From contig CAVRJB010000019.1 in NCBI GenBank assembly GCA_963721385.1, positions 389,513-453,512 on the forward strand: a DNA stretch of 64,000 nt, in the 5' to 3' direction. Under the pieces are notes generated by a model. It saw only the letters and a list, made by a program, of their open reading frames with translations, was not told the DNA's origin and searched no databases. The DNA is from an uncultured Acidobacteriota bacterium (GTDB lineage Bacteria; Acidobacteriota; Thermoanaerobaculia; UBA5066). This document shows positions 34,201 to 42,937 of this stretch, one piece after another (position 1 is the stretch's first letter; every line of letters starts with the position of its first letter). The translations under genes and the position numbers were made by a program.

Positions 34201-37063
34201 GACGCCCTGGACGCGGAACGTCTCGCCGGTCGTCTCGGGGGCGTACACGGTCTCCCAGCTCACCGACGCGACGACCTGCGGTGGCAGCGTGTCGGGATCG
34301 GCGGATTTCATCGTCAAGCCCGTCCCGGTCTCCCAGATCACCGCCACGCCGTTGATCTGCGCGGGCTCGCCGGGGAACGTCGCGAGCGTCCCGGACGCGG
34401 GCGCCGGGGCGAACTACAGCTGGTCGATCGGAAACGGCTCGATCACCGGCGGAGGGGGATCCCGCTCCATCACCTTCACGGCGGGCGCCAGTGGAAACGT
34501 GACGCTGTACGTGACGGTGCAGGGCGGCAATGGCTGCTCGTCGACGTCGTCCCAGGTCGTTGCGACAACCCCCCTTCCGGCGGCGACGTTGACGGGTCCC
34601 GCGACGGGCTGCGCCGGCCAGCCGACGGTGCTGACCGTGGCGCTGACGGGCCGCGGACCGTGGACGGTGACCTGGTCGGACGGGACGCTTCAGAGCGGGA
34701 TCTTCCCGGGGCCCGCGAGGCGGACGGTCGCGCCGCTCGTCGACACGACGTACGCCCTCTCGTCGGTCAGCGACATCACAGGGTGCTCGGGAACGGTCTC
34801 GGGGACCGTGGCGCTGACGGTGAAGCCCGTGCCGACGGCGGTCGTGCACGGGGGCGCGACGATCTGCCCCGACACGGCGGTGCCGATCTCGGCCGACGTG
34901 ACCGCGGTGGGGGCGTGGACGCTCCGGTGGAGTGATGGCGTCGTCCAGACGGGAACGGGGCCGGGGACGGTGTCGCGGATCGTGACGCCGAACGTCACGA
35001 GCGCTTACGGGGTCGACAGCATCACCGACACCCAGTGCACGAACGGCGGCACGGGCGTCGCGCAGATCGTCGTCGGCCTCGGGCCCGAGGCGGTCGTCGT
35101 CACGGTGCCTGCCTCGGTCTGCGCGGGGACGCCGGGCATCGTGGCGTCGGTGCCGGACTCGGGTGTGGGCTCCACGTACGCGTGGACGCTCGACAACGGG
35201 ACGATCACGTCGGGCCAGGGGACGCGGCAGATCACCTTCACGACGGCCACGCCGGGGACGGCGACGCTCGGGATCACCGTCGGCGCGGCGGGCGGTTGCT
35301 CGCGGAGCCGCCCCTGGACGATCGGCGTCGCTCCGTCGCCGCCGGCGCCTCCGATCACGGGGCCGGCCTCGGCGAGGACGGGCGACTCGGGCCTTTCGGC
35401 CGAGGTCCCGTACACGCCCGCGAGTACCTACGCCTGGAGCCTCGCGAACGGGACGATCACCTCCGGCCAGGGAACGAACCGGATCACGTTCGACGCGGGC
35501 CTGCCGGGCCCGATGACTCTCGCCGTCACCGAGCGGACAGGTTCCAGCTGCCCGTCGCCTCCCTCGACGCTCGTCGTTCCGGTCGAGGGTGTCGGCGCCA
35601 TCCGGACGGTGCCGGTCGTCGTCAGCGCACCCGGCGCGGGCGGCGCCTACTTCACGACGGAGCTGACGCTCTCGAACCCGGGCGCGACCCCGGCCTCCGT
35701 CGAGCTCGCCTACACGCCGTCGGACACGTCGGGAGGGTCGGGGAGCGTCGTCGTCCATGACTCGGTTCCGGCCGGCGAGCAGAAGGTGATCCCGGACGTC
35801 CTCGAGTACTTCGGGGGCGCGGGGGCGTCGCGAGTTCTCCTCGACACGCTGACGGGGGCGGGCTCGCTCCGGGTCTCGTTCGGAAACCTCCCCCTGAAGG
35901 CGGTCTCCTTCGCTGGAGCGCGGACCACGAGCGCTTCGGGGGCGGGGCGCGCGGGGCTTGCGTATCCCGCTTCGGGCGCCGCCGAGACGACGGCGCCGTC
36001 CGTCTGGCTCTTCGGACTCCGCGAGAACGCCGCCGACCGCTCGAACCTCGCCGCCGTCAACGCGGGCGGCTCGGCGCCGATCACTCTTCGGATCACGCTT
36101 TATGCCGGCGGGGCCGGCGACGGACGGAGAGCCGTCCTCGACCCGGTCACTCTCGCCCCGGGCCAGTGGACGCAGCTCAACTCGGTCCTGAACAGGGCCG
36201 GGTTCACGAACGGCTACGCGCTCGTCGAGCGGACGGCGGGGACGGACCCCTTCATCGCCTATGCGGTCGTCAACGACAACGCGACGAACGACGGCTCTTA
36301 CGTGGCAGCGATCCCCTCGGGGAGGACCCCGAACCCCCAGGCCTTGCCGGTCCTCGTCGAAACGCCGTCGTTCTCGAGCGAGCTCGTCCTGACGAACCCC
36401 GGCGCCCAGACGATCAGCGCGAGCCTGACCTACGTCGAGTCGCTCGCCCATCCGAACGGCTCCTCGGCGGGGAACATCGTCGAGACGCTCGGGCCGTACG
36501 AGCAGCGGGTCGTTCCCAACGCGGTCGACTACCTCCGCTCCCGGGGCGGGATCATCGGACCGAAGGGCGGGTCGTACGCGGGGACGCTCCTCGTCCGCTT
36601 CACGGCGGCGACGGTCCTCGCCGACGGTTTCGTCGGGGCGAGGACCTCGGCGCCGGCGCCCGGCGGAGGGCAGTACGGGCTCTTCTGCGCGGGGGTGCCG
36701 CCGCCGGAGGCGGCGTCGGCCGAAACGTGGGTCTTCGGCCTGCAGCAGAACGGCACGACGAGGTCCAACCTCGCGCTTTACAACGCCAGCAGCAACCAGG
36801 GGTCCGTGACGCTGCAGTTCGACGTCTTCGACGGGGAGACGGGGCAGAAGGCGGCGACGTCGGCGCCGGTGACGCTTTCGCCGGGGCAGTGGAAGCAGTT
36901 CAACTCCGTGCTGACGACCTGGAAGCTGTCGAGCGGCTACGTCCGTGTCACGCGGACGACGGGCAAGGCCGGTTGGGGGGCCTACGCCGTCCTGAACGAC
37001 GGCTCCACGCCGGGGGCCGGCACGGGCGACGGCAGCTTCGTCGGGATGACGCCTGGACCGTAA
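31250..37063 (+). CDS. giant secreted repeat protein (1,937 aa): signal peptide, SBBP-type beta-propeller region, IPT/TIG domain, eight Ig-like Cys modules, duplicated C-terminal domain
   Basis: Signal peptide AAASLAAVFAACLSVQA. N-terminal SFEPNVGQFPAEVKFF and repeated DxAVDxxGNAYxxG / FVxKL motifs (SBBP-like). IPT/TIG at 33308-33553 (ITVTGNGFQPGASVTLGG...VRVDNPDG). See the repeat feature for the modules. Confidence 0.9.
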   Translation: MKRERRNASIAAASLAAVFAACLSVQAADGAWDRPPMSFEPNVGQFPAEVKFFTRGPGYQLFLTPTEAVFSFVGAERKTRVVRMRIEGANPRTRIVGEDPLPGKVHYIVGNDPKKWRTDIPTFRRVRFENVYPGIHLVYYGNESGLLEYDFLLRPGADPSAPRVSFRGLGRVRESPAGDLVAHAPAGSFSLRKPVAWQESGGVRTETAVAYRAAGNSAFGFDVPFFDGSRPLVIDPTLDFSTYLGGTGTDGVRDVAVDGAGNAYAAGDTPGRGFPIAGGLGIGSDGIHYKVFVSKFTPNGSLLFSTFFGGSLDELSPRIAVDSQSSVYLCGQTFSSDIPLVNPYQSSRPGGGTSHVPFVAKINASGNAIVYSTFLSGSNPASDPRAIAVDSSGSATVAGTTDDPTFPRLNSLQAACGGGLFVTRFNPAGNTLAFSSCIAGGSPVPAAVAVESSGATWVVGSVFDPGSAAFPLQNPTQATYGGGALDAFVLKLGSAGNTLLFSTYLGGGTVDAATSVSLDSGDNAYVGGTAGTGFPASALYPALPGNAFVAKYTSVGSDVWAVIAPVFSDFFVRVAVDGSGRAHVVGTAPAGFPLVNPVLDTDFGNTPLGVLRLSPSGGAIEFSTRLAGTALPVASLSATGIAVDPGGAIVVGGTTTQQGFPVKNAVGGSLAGSSDGFVTRMDPEAGPTVTGTLPGSGPSLGGSSITVTGNGFQPGASVTLGGSVASTVGVTSNAITAVTGPHAAGTVAVRVDNPDGSAAELANGFTYLCGSTAPTATVSGSTTICSGDTASLAAALSGTGPWTLTWSDGVVQSGIVSSPATRSVNPAATTVYGVTTVVDQNCAGAGSGGATVSVVLRPSAAITAPAAACVGATGLPASVPDAGAGVTYAWTITNGTITSGAGTYAITFSAGATSPLQLAVTVSNGACSSASSASLPVTPAPTAVVTGGGTVCAGQPAAITVALTGAPPWTLRWSDGLLESGVGTTPWTRNVSPVVSGAYTVSQLTDATTCGGSVSGSADFIVKPVPVSQITATPLICAGSPGNVASVPDAGAGANYSWSIGNGSITGGGGSRSITFTAGASGNVTLYVTVQGGNGCSSTSSQVVATTPLPAATLTGPATGCAGQPTVLTVALTGRGPWTVTWSDGTLQSGIFPGPARRTVAPLVDTTYALSSVSDITGCSGTVSGTVALTVKPVPTAVVHGGATICPDTAVPISADVTAVGAWTLRWSDGVVQTGTGPGTVSRIVTPNVTSAYGVDSITDTQCTNGGTGVAQIVVGLGPEAVVVTVPASVCAGTPGIVASVPDSGVGSTYAWTLDNGTITSGQGTRQITFTTATPGTATLGITVGAAGGCSRSRPWTIGVAPSPPAPPITGPASARTGDSGLSAEVPYTPASTYAWSLANGTITSGQGTNRITFDAGLPGPMTLAVTERTGSSCPSPPSTLVVPVEGVGAIRTVPVVVSAPGAGGAYFTTELTLSNPGATPASVELAYTPSDTSGGSGSVVVHDSVPAGEQKVIPDVLEYFGGAGASRVLLDTLTGAGSLRVSFGNLPLKAVSFAGARTTSASGAGRAGLAYPASGAAETTAPSVWLFGLRENAADRSNLAAVNAGGSAPITLRITLYAGGAGDGRRAVLDPVTLAPGQWTQLNSVLNRAGFTNGYALVERTAGTDPFIAYAVVNDNATNDGSYVAAIPSGRTPNPQALPVLVETPSFSSELVLTNPGAQTISASLTYVESLAHPNGSSAGNIVETLGPYEQRVVPNAVDYLRSRGGIIGPKGGSYAGTLLVRFTAATVLADGFVGARTSAPAPGGGQYGLFCAGVPPPEAASAETWVFGLQQNGTTRSNLALYNASSNQGSVTLQFDVFDGETGQKAATSAPVTLSPGQWKQFNSVLTTWKLSSGYVRVTRTTGKAGWGAYAVLNDGSTPGAGTGDGSFVGMTPGP
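33554..35590 (+). repeat. intragenic array of eight ~80-85-aa modules of two types, in the order A-B-A-B-A-A-B-B
   Basis: Type A example: VSGSTTICSGDTASLAAALSGTGPWTLTWSDGVVQSG...YGVTTVVDQNC. Type B example: CVGATGLPASVPDAGAGVTYAWTITNGTITSGAGTYAITFSAG...VSNGACSS. Approximate boundaries are 33554, 33814, 34079, 34327, 34583, 34841, 35091, 35336 and 35590. Copies are divergent at the DNA level. Confidence 0.7.
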
Positions 37064-38303
37064 GGGGAGCCGGCGGCTCATTCTCGCGGCGCTCGCCGCG
37101 TACGCGGCCGTCGGCTCCTTGTTCTGGATCCGGCGGACGGAGGACCTCGGCGGGTATCTCTGGGCCGGCGAGGCGCTGCTCAAGGGCCTCCCCCTTTACG
37201 AGGACTTCGCGCCGGGCGTCCGGAACACCTGGGCTCCGTTCTTCGCGCTCTTCGCGGTGCCGCTCGCGCTCCTCGACCGGGTCTCGCCGCTCCTCTCGCG
37301 GGGGGTCTGGATCGCGGTCAACCTCGCGTCGCTGCTCGTCGTCCTCGCGCTGGTCGCCCGTCGTCTCACCGGGAAGAGCCTGCGGCTTCGCGCCGAGGTT
37401 GCCGAGGGGGAGGTCTCCCTCGCCTCGGCCAGCCTCCTCGTCCCGCTCTTTCTGACCGACCGCTTCGTCTCCACGAACTTCGACCACCTCCAGATCAACC
37501 TCGTTCTTTTCGCTCTCGTCCTCGGCGGTCTCGAGCTGGGAGCGAGGAGGCGCGACGCCGCAGGCGGCGTCCTGATCGGCCTCGCCTCGGCGATCAAGGT
37601 GATGCCGCTCGTCTTCGTGCCGTATCTCGTCTTCCGGAGGAAGTGGAAACTGGCGGCGACGGCCGTCGTCTCGTTTGCGGCGTTCTCGCTCAGCCCCGCG
37701 CTGATCCTCGGGCCGGCGCGCTTCTCGGCCGAGATCGCAGCGTGGCGCGCGGAGATCGCGAAAGGGTGGGGCGTCGGGAAGATGAACCAGTCGGTCTTCG
37801 CCCTCTTCGACCGGCTGCTCGGGCACGGCTTCCTGCCGTTCGCCGCGCCGGGCGATACGTTCGCGCCGGAGTCGGGGCGGCTCCTTCCCGTCGTGGCCAC
37901 GGCGGCGCTCGCGCTCCTCGTCGCGGCGCTCGCCCTCGTCCTCTTCCGCAGGACGGCGGACGGCTCGTTCGCCGAATTCTGCGAATGGAGCGCCGTCTTC
38001 GCGGTCTCGGCGCTCTTCTCTCCCGTCGCCTGGAAGGCCTACTTCTGCGTTCTCCTGCTCCCGAACGCGCTCCTCTTCGCAGCCTGGGGTGACACGGGAC
38101 GGTTCGCCCGCTCGCGGCGGATCGCCGGCGCGCTCCTCCTCGCCGCTGCACTTTGCGCGTGGATCCCCTCACCGGGTCTCGTCGGCGGAAAGCTCGCCGG
38201 GCGGCTCGAGATGACGTCGCTCCCCGCCCTGTCGGCGCTGATCCTGCTCTTCGGCTCGCTTTGGCTCCGGCGGGAAGAGGGGCGTCAGCGGCCCTCGGCG
38301 TAG
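37053..38303 (+). CDS. GT87-family (DUF2029, GT-C fold) membrane glycosyltransferase; start uncertain (CTG 37053 or TTG 37119)
   Basis: Multi-TM protein. LYEDFAPG...WAPFFALFAVPLALL is typical of the first loop and TM2 of GT87. The frame is open from TGA 37047. Codons 37053-37118 encode (L)DRKGSRRLILAALAAYAAVGSLFWI, a basic N-terminus plus TM1, but contain no ATG, GTG or TTG. Confidence 0.75.
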   Translation: MDRKGSRRLILAALAAYAAVGSLFWIRRTEDLGGYLWAGEALLKGLPLYEDFAPGVRNTWAPFFALFAVPLALLDRVSPLLSRGVWIAVNLASLLVVLALVARRLTGKSLRLRAEVAEGEVSLASASLLVPLFLTDRFVSTNFDHLQINLVLFALVLGGLELGARRRDAAGGVLIGLASAIKVMPLVFVPYLVFRRKWKLAATAVVSFAAFSLSPALILGPARFSAEIAAWRAEIAKGWGVGKMNQSVFALFDRLLGHGFLPFAAPGDTFAPESGRLLPVVATAALALLVAALALVLFRRTADGSFAEFCEWSAVFAVSALFSPVAWKAYFCVLLLPNALLFAAWGDTGRFARSRRIAGALLLAAALCAWIPSPGLVGGKLAGRLEMTSLPALSALILLFGSLWLRREEGRQRPSA

Positions 38304-39970
38304 GCCGGAGTCCACTGGCTCGAGACGACCCGGGCCCGCAGCTCCTCGGGCGAGGTGGCGGCGGCGTGTCCTTCGCGCTGGGCCGCGGCGCCGACCGCGC
38401 AGGCGATCTCGACAGCGACCGTGCGGAGGTCCGTCAGGCCCGGCAGGAGCGAGGCCGCCGGGTCCGTCAGGGCCGGCGAGTGCTTCGACAGTTCGCGGGC
38501 CGCGGCGATCAGCATCCCGTCCGTCACGCGGTCGGCCTTCGAGGCCATGACGCCGAGGCCGACCGCGGGAAAGATGTAGACGTTGTTGCACTGGGAGACG
38601 ATCCAGGCCCGCCCGCCGAGGACCGCCGGCGGGTAGGGAGAGCCCGTCGCCACGAGCGCCTGACCATTCGTCCAGCGGAGCAGGTCGTCGGGCTTCGCCT
38701 CGGAGCGGACGGTCGGGTTCGAGAGCGGAAAAATGGCCGGGCGCGGGGTCTTTCGGGCCATGGCGCGGACGATCGGCTCGGTGAAGGCGCCTCCGGCGGT
38801 CGAAAGGCCGATGAGGATCGTCGCGGAGACGCTGGAGATGACGTCGGCGAGTCCGATCTCGCCCTTGAAGGTGCGGGGCCAGCGCGAGACCTCGGCGGTG
38901 GCCCGTGCGTAGACGCGCTGCTCGGGGTTCAGGTCGGTCCGGCCCTTGTGAAGGAGGCCGTTCACGTCGACGACGTAGAAATGGCGCCGGGCCTCTTCGT
39001 CGGTGAGCCCTTCGGCCACCATCGCGGCCCGCAGATAGTCCGCGACGCCGATCGAGGCCGAGCCCGCGCCGAGAAAGACGATCGTCTGCTCCTTCAGGCT
39101 CTTTCCGACGACGCGGGCCGCGGCGAGGAGCGCGCCGAGCACGACGGCCGCCGTTCCCTGGATGTCGTCGTTGAAGGTCAGGAGGTCGTCGCGGTAGCGG
39201 GTCAGGAGAGGCCGCGCGTTCGGCGTGGCGAAGTCCTCCCACTGGAGAAGCGTGCCTGGCATCTCCTGCTTGACCGCCTCGACGAACCGGTCGACGAACT
39301 TCAGGTACTCGGGCCCCTTGACGCGCTCGTGCCGCCAGCCGAGGTACTGCGGGTCCTTCAGCCTCTCCTCGTTATTCGTCCCGACGTCGAGGACGATCGG
39401 AAGCGTTCGCGAGGGAGGGATGCCGCCGATGAGCGTGTAGAGCGACAGCTTCCCGATCGGGATCCCGAGGCCGCCGACCCCCTGGTCCCCGATGCCGAGG
39501 ATCCGCTCGCCGTCCGTCACGACGATGACGTCGACCTCCGGGTTCGGCCGGTTGCGGAGGAGCTCGGGAATGGCGCTCCGGCGCGGGAACGCGACGAAGA
39601 GGCCGCGGGGTCGCCGGTAGATCTGGCTGAACTGCTGGCACGCCTCGGCGACGACGGGGGTGTAGACGACGGGGAGCATCTCCTCGATGTGCGCGAGGAG
39701 GAGGCGGTAGAAAAGGATCTCGTTGTTGTCCTGCAGCTCGCGCAGGTGGATGTGCCGCCCGATGTCCGTCCGCTTGACGAGGTAGGCCTCGTAGGCCCGG
39801 GCCACCTGCTCGTCGAGCGTCTCGACCTGCGGCGGCAGGAGGCCGTGAAGCCCCAGCTGCGTCCGCTCCTCCTCGGTGAAGGCCGTTCCCTTGTTCCAGG
39901 CGGGGGACTGAAGGAGCTTCATCCCGCGCAGCTCCTTCGGCCTCCCGCCTCCCCGTGCTGTCTTCGTCAT
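38285..39970 (-). CDS. NAD(P)-dependent malic enzyme
   Basis: 561 aa. LLQSPAWNKGTAFTEEER, VVTDGERILGIGDQGVGGLGIPIGKLSLYT, FLGAGSASIGVA (Rossmann). The start overlaps the rsmH stop. Confidence 0.93.
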   Translation of the reverse strand: MTKTARGGGRPKELRGMKLLQSPAWNKGTAFTEEERTQLGLHGLLPPQVETLDEQVARAYEAYLVKRTDIGRHIHLRELQDNNEILFYRLLLAHIEEMLPVVYTPVVAEACQQFSQIYRRPRGLFVAFPRRSAIPELLRNRPNPEVDVIVVTDGERILGIGDQGVGGLGIPIGKLSLYTLIGGIPPSRTLPIVLDVGTNNEERLKDPQYLGWRHERVKGPEYLKFVDRFVEAVKQEMPGTLLQWEDFATPNARPLLTRYRDDLLTFNDDIQGTAAVVLGALLAAARVVGKSLKEQTIVFLGAGSASIGVADYLRAAMVAEGLTDEEARRHFYVVDVNGLLHKGRTDLNPEQRVYARATAEVSRWPRTFKGEIGLADVISSVSATILIGLSTAGGAFTEPIVRAMARKTPRPAIFPLSNPTVRSEAKPDDLLRWTNGQALVATGSPYPPAVLGGRAWIVSQCNNVYIFPAVGLGVMASKADRVTDGMLIAAARELSKHSPALTDPAASLLPGLTDLRTVAVEIACAVGAAAQREGHAAATSPEELRARVVSSQWTPAYAEGR

Positions 39971-41085
39971 GGCGCAGCTACCTTACCGCGGGGCGGGCCT
40001 TCGTGGGAACGGACCGCCCAGCGCAGCTTCGCGGAAGCCGAGCGGGGATTCGCCCGGAGCTCGTCGGCCGACGCGCGGATCACCCCCGGCGCCGCGGCCG
40101 AAAAGACGCCGGCCTTCACGCCTGCGGCGAATGCCTTCTTGACGCGCCGATCCTCGCCGGAGTGGAAGGCCAGGATCGCGACGCGGCCGCCGGGGGCGAG
40201 GACGGAGGGGAGGTTCCGGAGAAAGACGTCGAGAGCGGTCAGCTCCTCGTTGACGAGAATCCGGAGCGCCTGAAAGGTGCGCTGGAGGGACGGGGTCAGT
40301 TGCTCCCGCTTATCGCGTTCCCTTCGTCCTTCGTAGGCCAGCTCCACGGCGCGAGTGATGTCCGACGTTCTGAGAGAGTGGATCGAACCGGCGGTGCGGC
40401 GCGCGTCGATCGTCCGGACGAGCGCCTCCGCGATCCGTCTCGCCTCCGGCTCGTCTCCGTACTTTTTCAGGAGACCCTCGATCTCTCCGGCTTTCAGTCG
40501 CGAAAGCAGAACGCCCGCCGGCTGGCCGCGCTCCGGGTTCATCCGGAGGTCGAGCGGCGCGTCGTGCTTCCACGAAAAGCCGCGCGCCGGGTCGTCGAGC
40601 TGCATCGAGGAGACGCCGAGGTCGGCGAGGACGAGGTCCGCGGCGGCGATCCCGAGGCCGGCGAGCGCCTTCGGGAGGCCGGCGAAATTGGAGCGGACGG
40701 CGATGAAGACGTCCGGGCCGAGCCCGAGGCCGCGCAGGCGCGCTTCGGTCTTCGGGAGCTCGACCGGATCGACGTCCAGGCCGATGAGCCGCCCGCCGGG
40801 GAGGAGCCTCGAAAGGAGCGCCTCGGCGTGGCCGCCCCAGCCGAGCGTGGCATCGACGGCGATCTCTCCGGCCTTCGGCGCGAGGGCGTCGAGCACCTCG
40901 CGGACCAGGACCGGGACGTGGCTCCCGGCCGGCGTCTTCCCGGCCGCGAGGATCTTCTCGCGCTCGTCGGGATATTGCGCGGGGTTGCGCTCCTTGTATT
41001 TCTCCTCGAAGCGGCGCGGGTGGGTACCGCGATAACGCGGACGGCGGGGCGGCCGCGGTCCGCCGGCGTCCGCGGCCCCGGTCAT
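39967..41085 (-). CDS. rsmH: 16S rRNA (cytosine1402-N4)-methyltransferase RsmH with a basic N-terminal extension
   Basis: HVPVLVREVLDAL, DATLGWGGHAEALL, DLGVSSMQLD, FHSGEDRRVK. 372 aa. It is not followed by ftsL or pbp genes. Confidence 0.88.
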   Translation of the reverse strand: MTGAADAGGPRPPRRPRYRGTHPRRFEEKYKERNPAQYPDEREKILAAGKTPAGSHVPVLVREVLDALAPKAGEIAVDATLGWGGHAEALLSRLLPGGRLIGLDVDPVELPKTEARLRGLGLGPDVFIAVRSNFAGLPKALAGLGIAAADLVLADLGVSSMQLDDPARGFSWKHDAPLDLRMNPERGQPAGVLLSRLKAGEIEGLLKKYGDEPEARRIAEALVRTIDARRTAGSIHSLRTSDITRAVELAYEGRRERDKREQLTPSLQRTFQALRILVNEELTALDVFLRNLPSVLAPGGRVAILAFHSGEDRRVKKAFAAGVKAGVFSAAAPGVIRASADELRANPRSASAKLRWAVRSHEGPPRGKVAAP

Positions 41086-42866
41086 CGTCCGAGCGGGATC
41101 GCTCTTCCGGTGGCGTCCGGGAGCGGAACGCCGAGCCAGGCGCCGACCGTCGGAGCGAGGTCATACGGTGTCGCAGGGGCGCTCGACGTCCCCGCTTTCG
41201 CGGGTCCACCCCAGAAGATGAGCGGCACGTGCGCGTCGGGCTCGTAGGGAGAGCCGTGCATGGAGCCCCGGCCCGGGTCGGCGTACTGGATGACGCCCGG
41301 CCTCGGGATCAGGAAGGCGTCGCCCGAGCGCTTCGCGTCGAAGTCGTTCAGGACGAACTCCAGCATCGGATCGTCCTTGGGCCAGGAGGCCTTCTGCGAG
41401 ACGAGAAGGACGCCCTTCACCTCGGCGTCGTAGCCGAGCGCCACGACTTTCTGGAGGACGCGGTCGACGTCGGCCGCCGTGACCGGGCGGCCTGCCGGGC
41501 CGCAGGCCCCCGCGACGCTCTTCATCGGAAAGGCGCCGTGGCGGTAGAAGAGATTCCAGCCCTCGATGTCGAGGATCGGGCGCGCGGTCCGGTCGAGGCA
41601 GAGCTCGTCGGAGAGCATCCGGTTCAGCCGGTCGCCGACGTTGTCGGTGTACGTGCGGCTGCCGACGACGCGCCCGGTCGCCGCGTTCCGGTCGAGGATC
41701 CGGGCGACTTCAGGGATCGCCGTGAAGCCGTGGTCGGCGGAGAACGCGACGAGGACGGTCCCCTTCGGGAACTCCCGGTCGAGCGCGTCGAGAACCCGCC
41801 CGATCTGGACGTCGAGCCGGCGAAGGGCGTCGAGCTCCTCGTCCGACTCGCTCCCGTAGTCGTGCGAGACGGGGTCGTGTCCCGAGAAGCTGATCGCGAG
41901 GAGGTCCGGCGTGCCGCGGTGACCAAGCTCGAGCTTCTCGTCCGCGAGGAGGTCGAGGACGAGGTCGGCCGTCAGCTCGTCGACGAACGGGCTCCGGTAG
42001 ATTCCGGCGAAGTAGCCCGACGGGTCGAATCGCGACCACGAGACGTACTTCGAAAGGTCCTTGTCCCATCCCAGGCCGTTCGCGGGGACCTGGAAGCGCT
42101 GGATGATCGACGGAGGGACCGGGGTCGGGAGAGGCTTGTCCGACGAGGGGGGCGGAGCGCTCCACTTCCTCCAGAAGAGGCCGTACCGCGCCGGCAGCAT
42201 GCCGCCGGCCTTCTGCCGATTGAACCGGGCGACGACGGCTGCGGCCGCGGCCCCGGGCCCGCTCTGCGCGTTGTAGGCGGCCGACGTCATGAAGCCGCCC
42301 GTCGCCTTGTCGTACCAGTGGACGGCGTGCGCCGGGTTTCCCCCGGCGAGGAAGATCGCGGCCCGGTCTTTCCCCGAGACCGAGACCACCCGCGCTTCCT
42401 TCCTCGCCTCGACGAGGCGGTCGCCGAGCGTCGGGACACGGAGGTTCAGGGGTCCGGCGATCGTCGCGGACGAGCCCGGAGCGGACTGGTCGGTGCAGTA
42501 GACCGCGGTCTGGCCCTTTCCAGGCAGGGCCTCGTACCAGGCGTTGGTGACGATGCCGTGGACGCGTGGCGGAGCGCCCGTCCCGAGGGAGGCATGGCCG
42601 GGTCCCGTCTCGGTATTGATGTGGCGGTAGTTCGCGTTCGTCTCGACGTGCCCCTCGTCGAGGAGCCGCTTCAGCCCCCCCACGTACCAGGGCCGGTACG
42701 ACAGGAGGCGGGACATCGAAAGGCCGTCGACCGCGATGACCACCGCCAGCCTGGGCGCCGGAAGGGCAGGCGCCGCCGCGGGCTTCTGCGAGGCAAGCGC
42801 GAGCGTCCCGCCGGAAGCGAGAACGAGGGCGGCGGCAAGTCGCATCGGGCGGAGTCGGAACGTCAT
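41082..42866 (-). CDS. secreted alkaline-phosphatase-superfamily enzyme (type I phosphodiesterase/nucleotide pyrophosphatase-like)
   Basis: ATG 42866 is preceded by AAGGAGG. Signal peptide MRLAAALVLASGGTLALA. VIAVDGLS, TETGPGHASLGTGAPPRVHGIV, SGHDPVSHDYG and SADHG match the metal and nucleophile motifs. Confidence 0.82.
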   Translation of the reverse strand: MTFRLRPMRLAAALVLASGGTLALASQKPAAAPALPAPRLAVVIAVDGLSMSRLLSYRPWYVGGLKRLLDEGHVETNANYRHINTETGPGHASLGTGAPPRVHGIVTNAWYEALPGKGQTAVYCTDQSAPGSSATIAGPLNLRVPTLGDRLVEARKEARVVSVSGKDRAAIFLAGGNPAHAVHWYDKATGGFMTSAAYNAQSGPGAAAAAVVARFNRQKAGGMLPARYGLFWRKWSAPPPSSDKPLPTPVPPSIIQRFQVPANGLGWDKDLSKYVSWSRFDPSGYFAGIYRSPFVDELTADLVLDLLADEKLELGHRGTPDLLAISFSGHDPVSHDYGSESDEELDALRRLDVQIGRVLDALDREFPKGTVLVAFSADHGFTAIPEVARILDRNAATGRVVGSRTYTDNVGDRLNRMLSDELCLDRTARPILDIEGWNLFYRHGAFPMKSVAGACGPAGRPVTAADVDRVLQKVVALGYDAEVKGVLLVSQKASWPKDDPMLEFVLNDFDAKRSGDAFLIPRPGVIQYADPGRGSMHGSPYEPDAHVPLIFWGGPAKAGTSSAPATPYDLAPTVGAWLGVPLPDATGRAIPLGR

Positions 42867-42937
42867 CGGGCCTCCTTGGGGGAGGGAGGATGTTCGCACG
42901 ACGATTCGGGGGTTGCCGGATGCGGGGAGGAGAACGC

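Noticed and set aside
33254-37183. 1,309-aa antisense ORF opposite the giant repeat-protein gene
   Set aside because: It shows the same Arg/Gly/Asp/Pro-rich junk composition. The sense strand encodes clear IPT and Ig-like repeat domains with a signal peptide.
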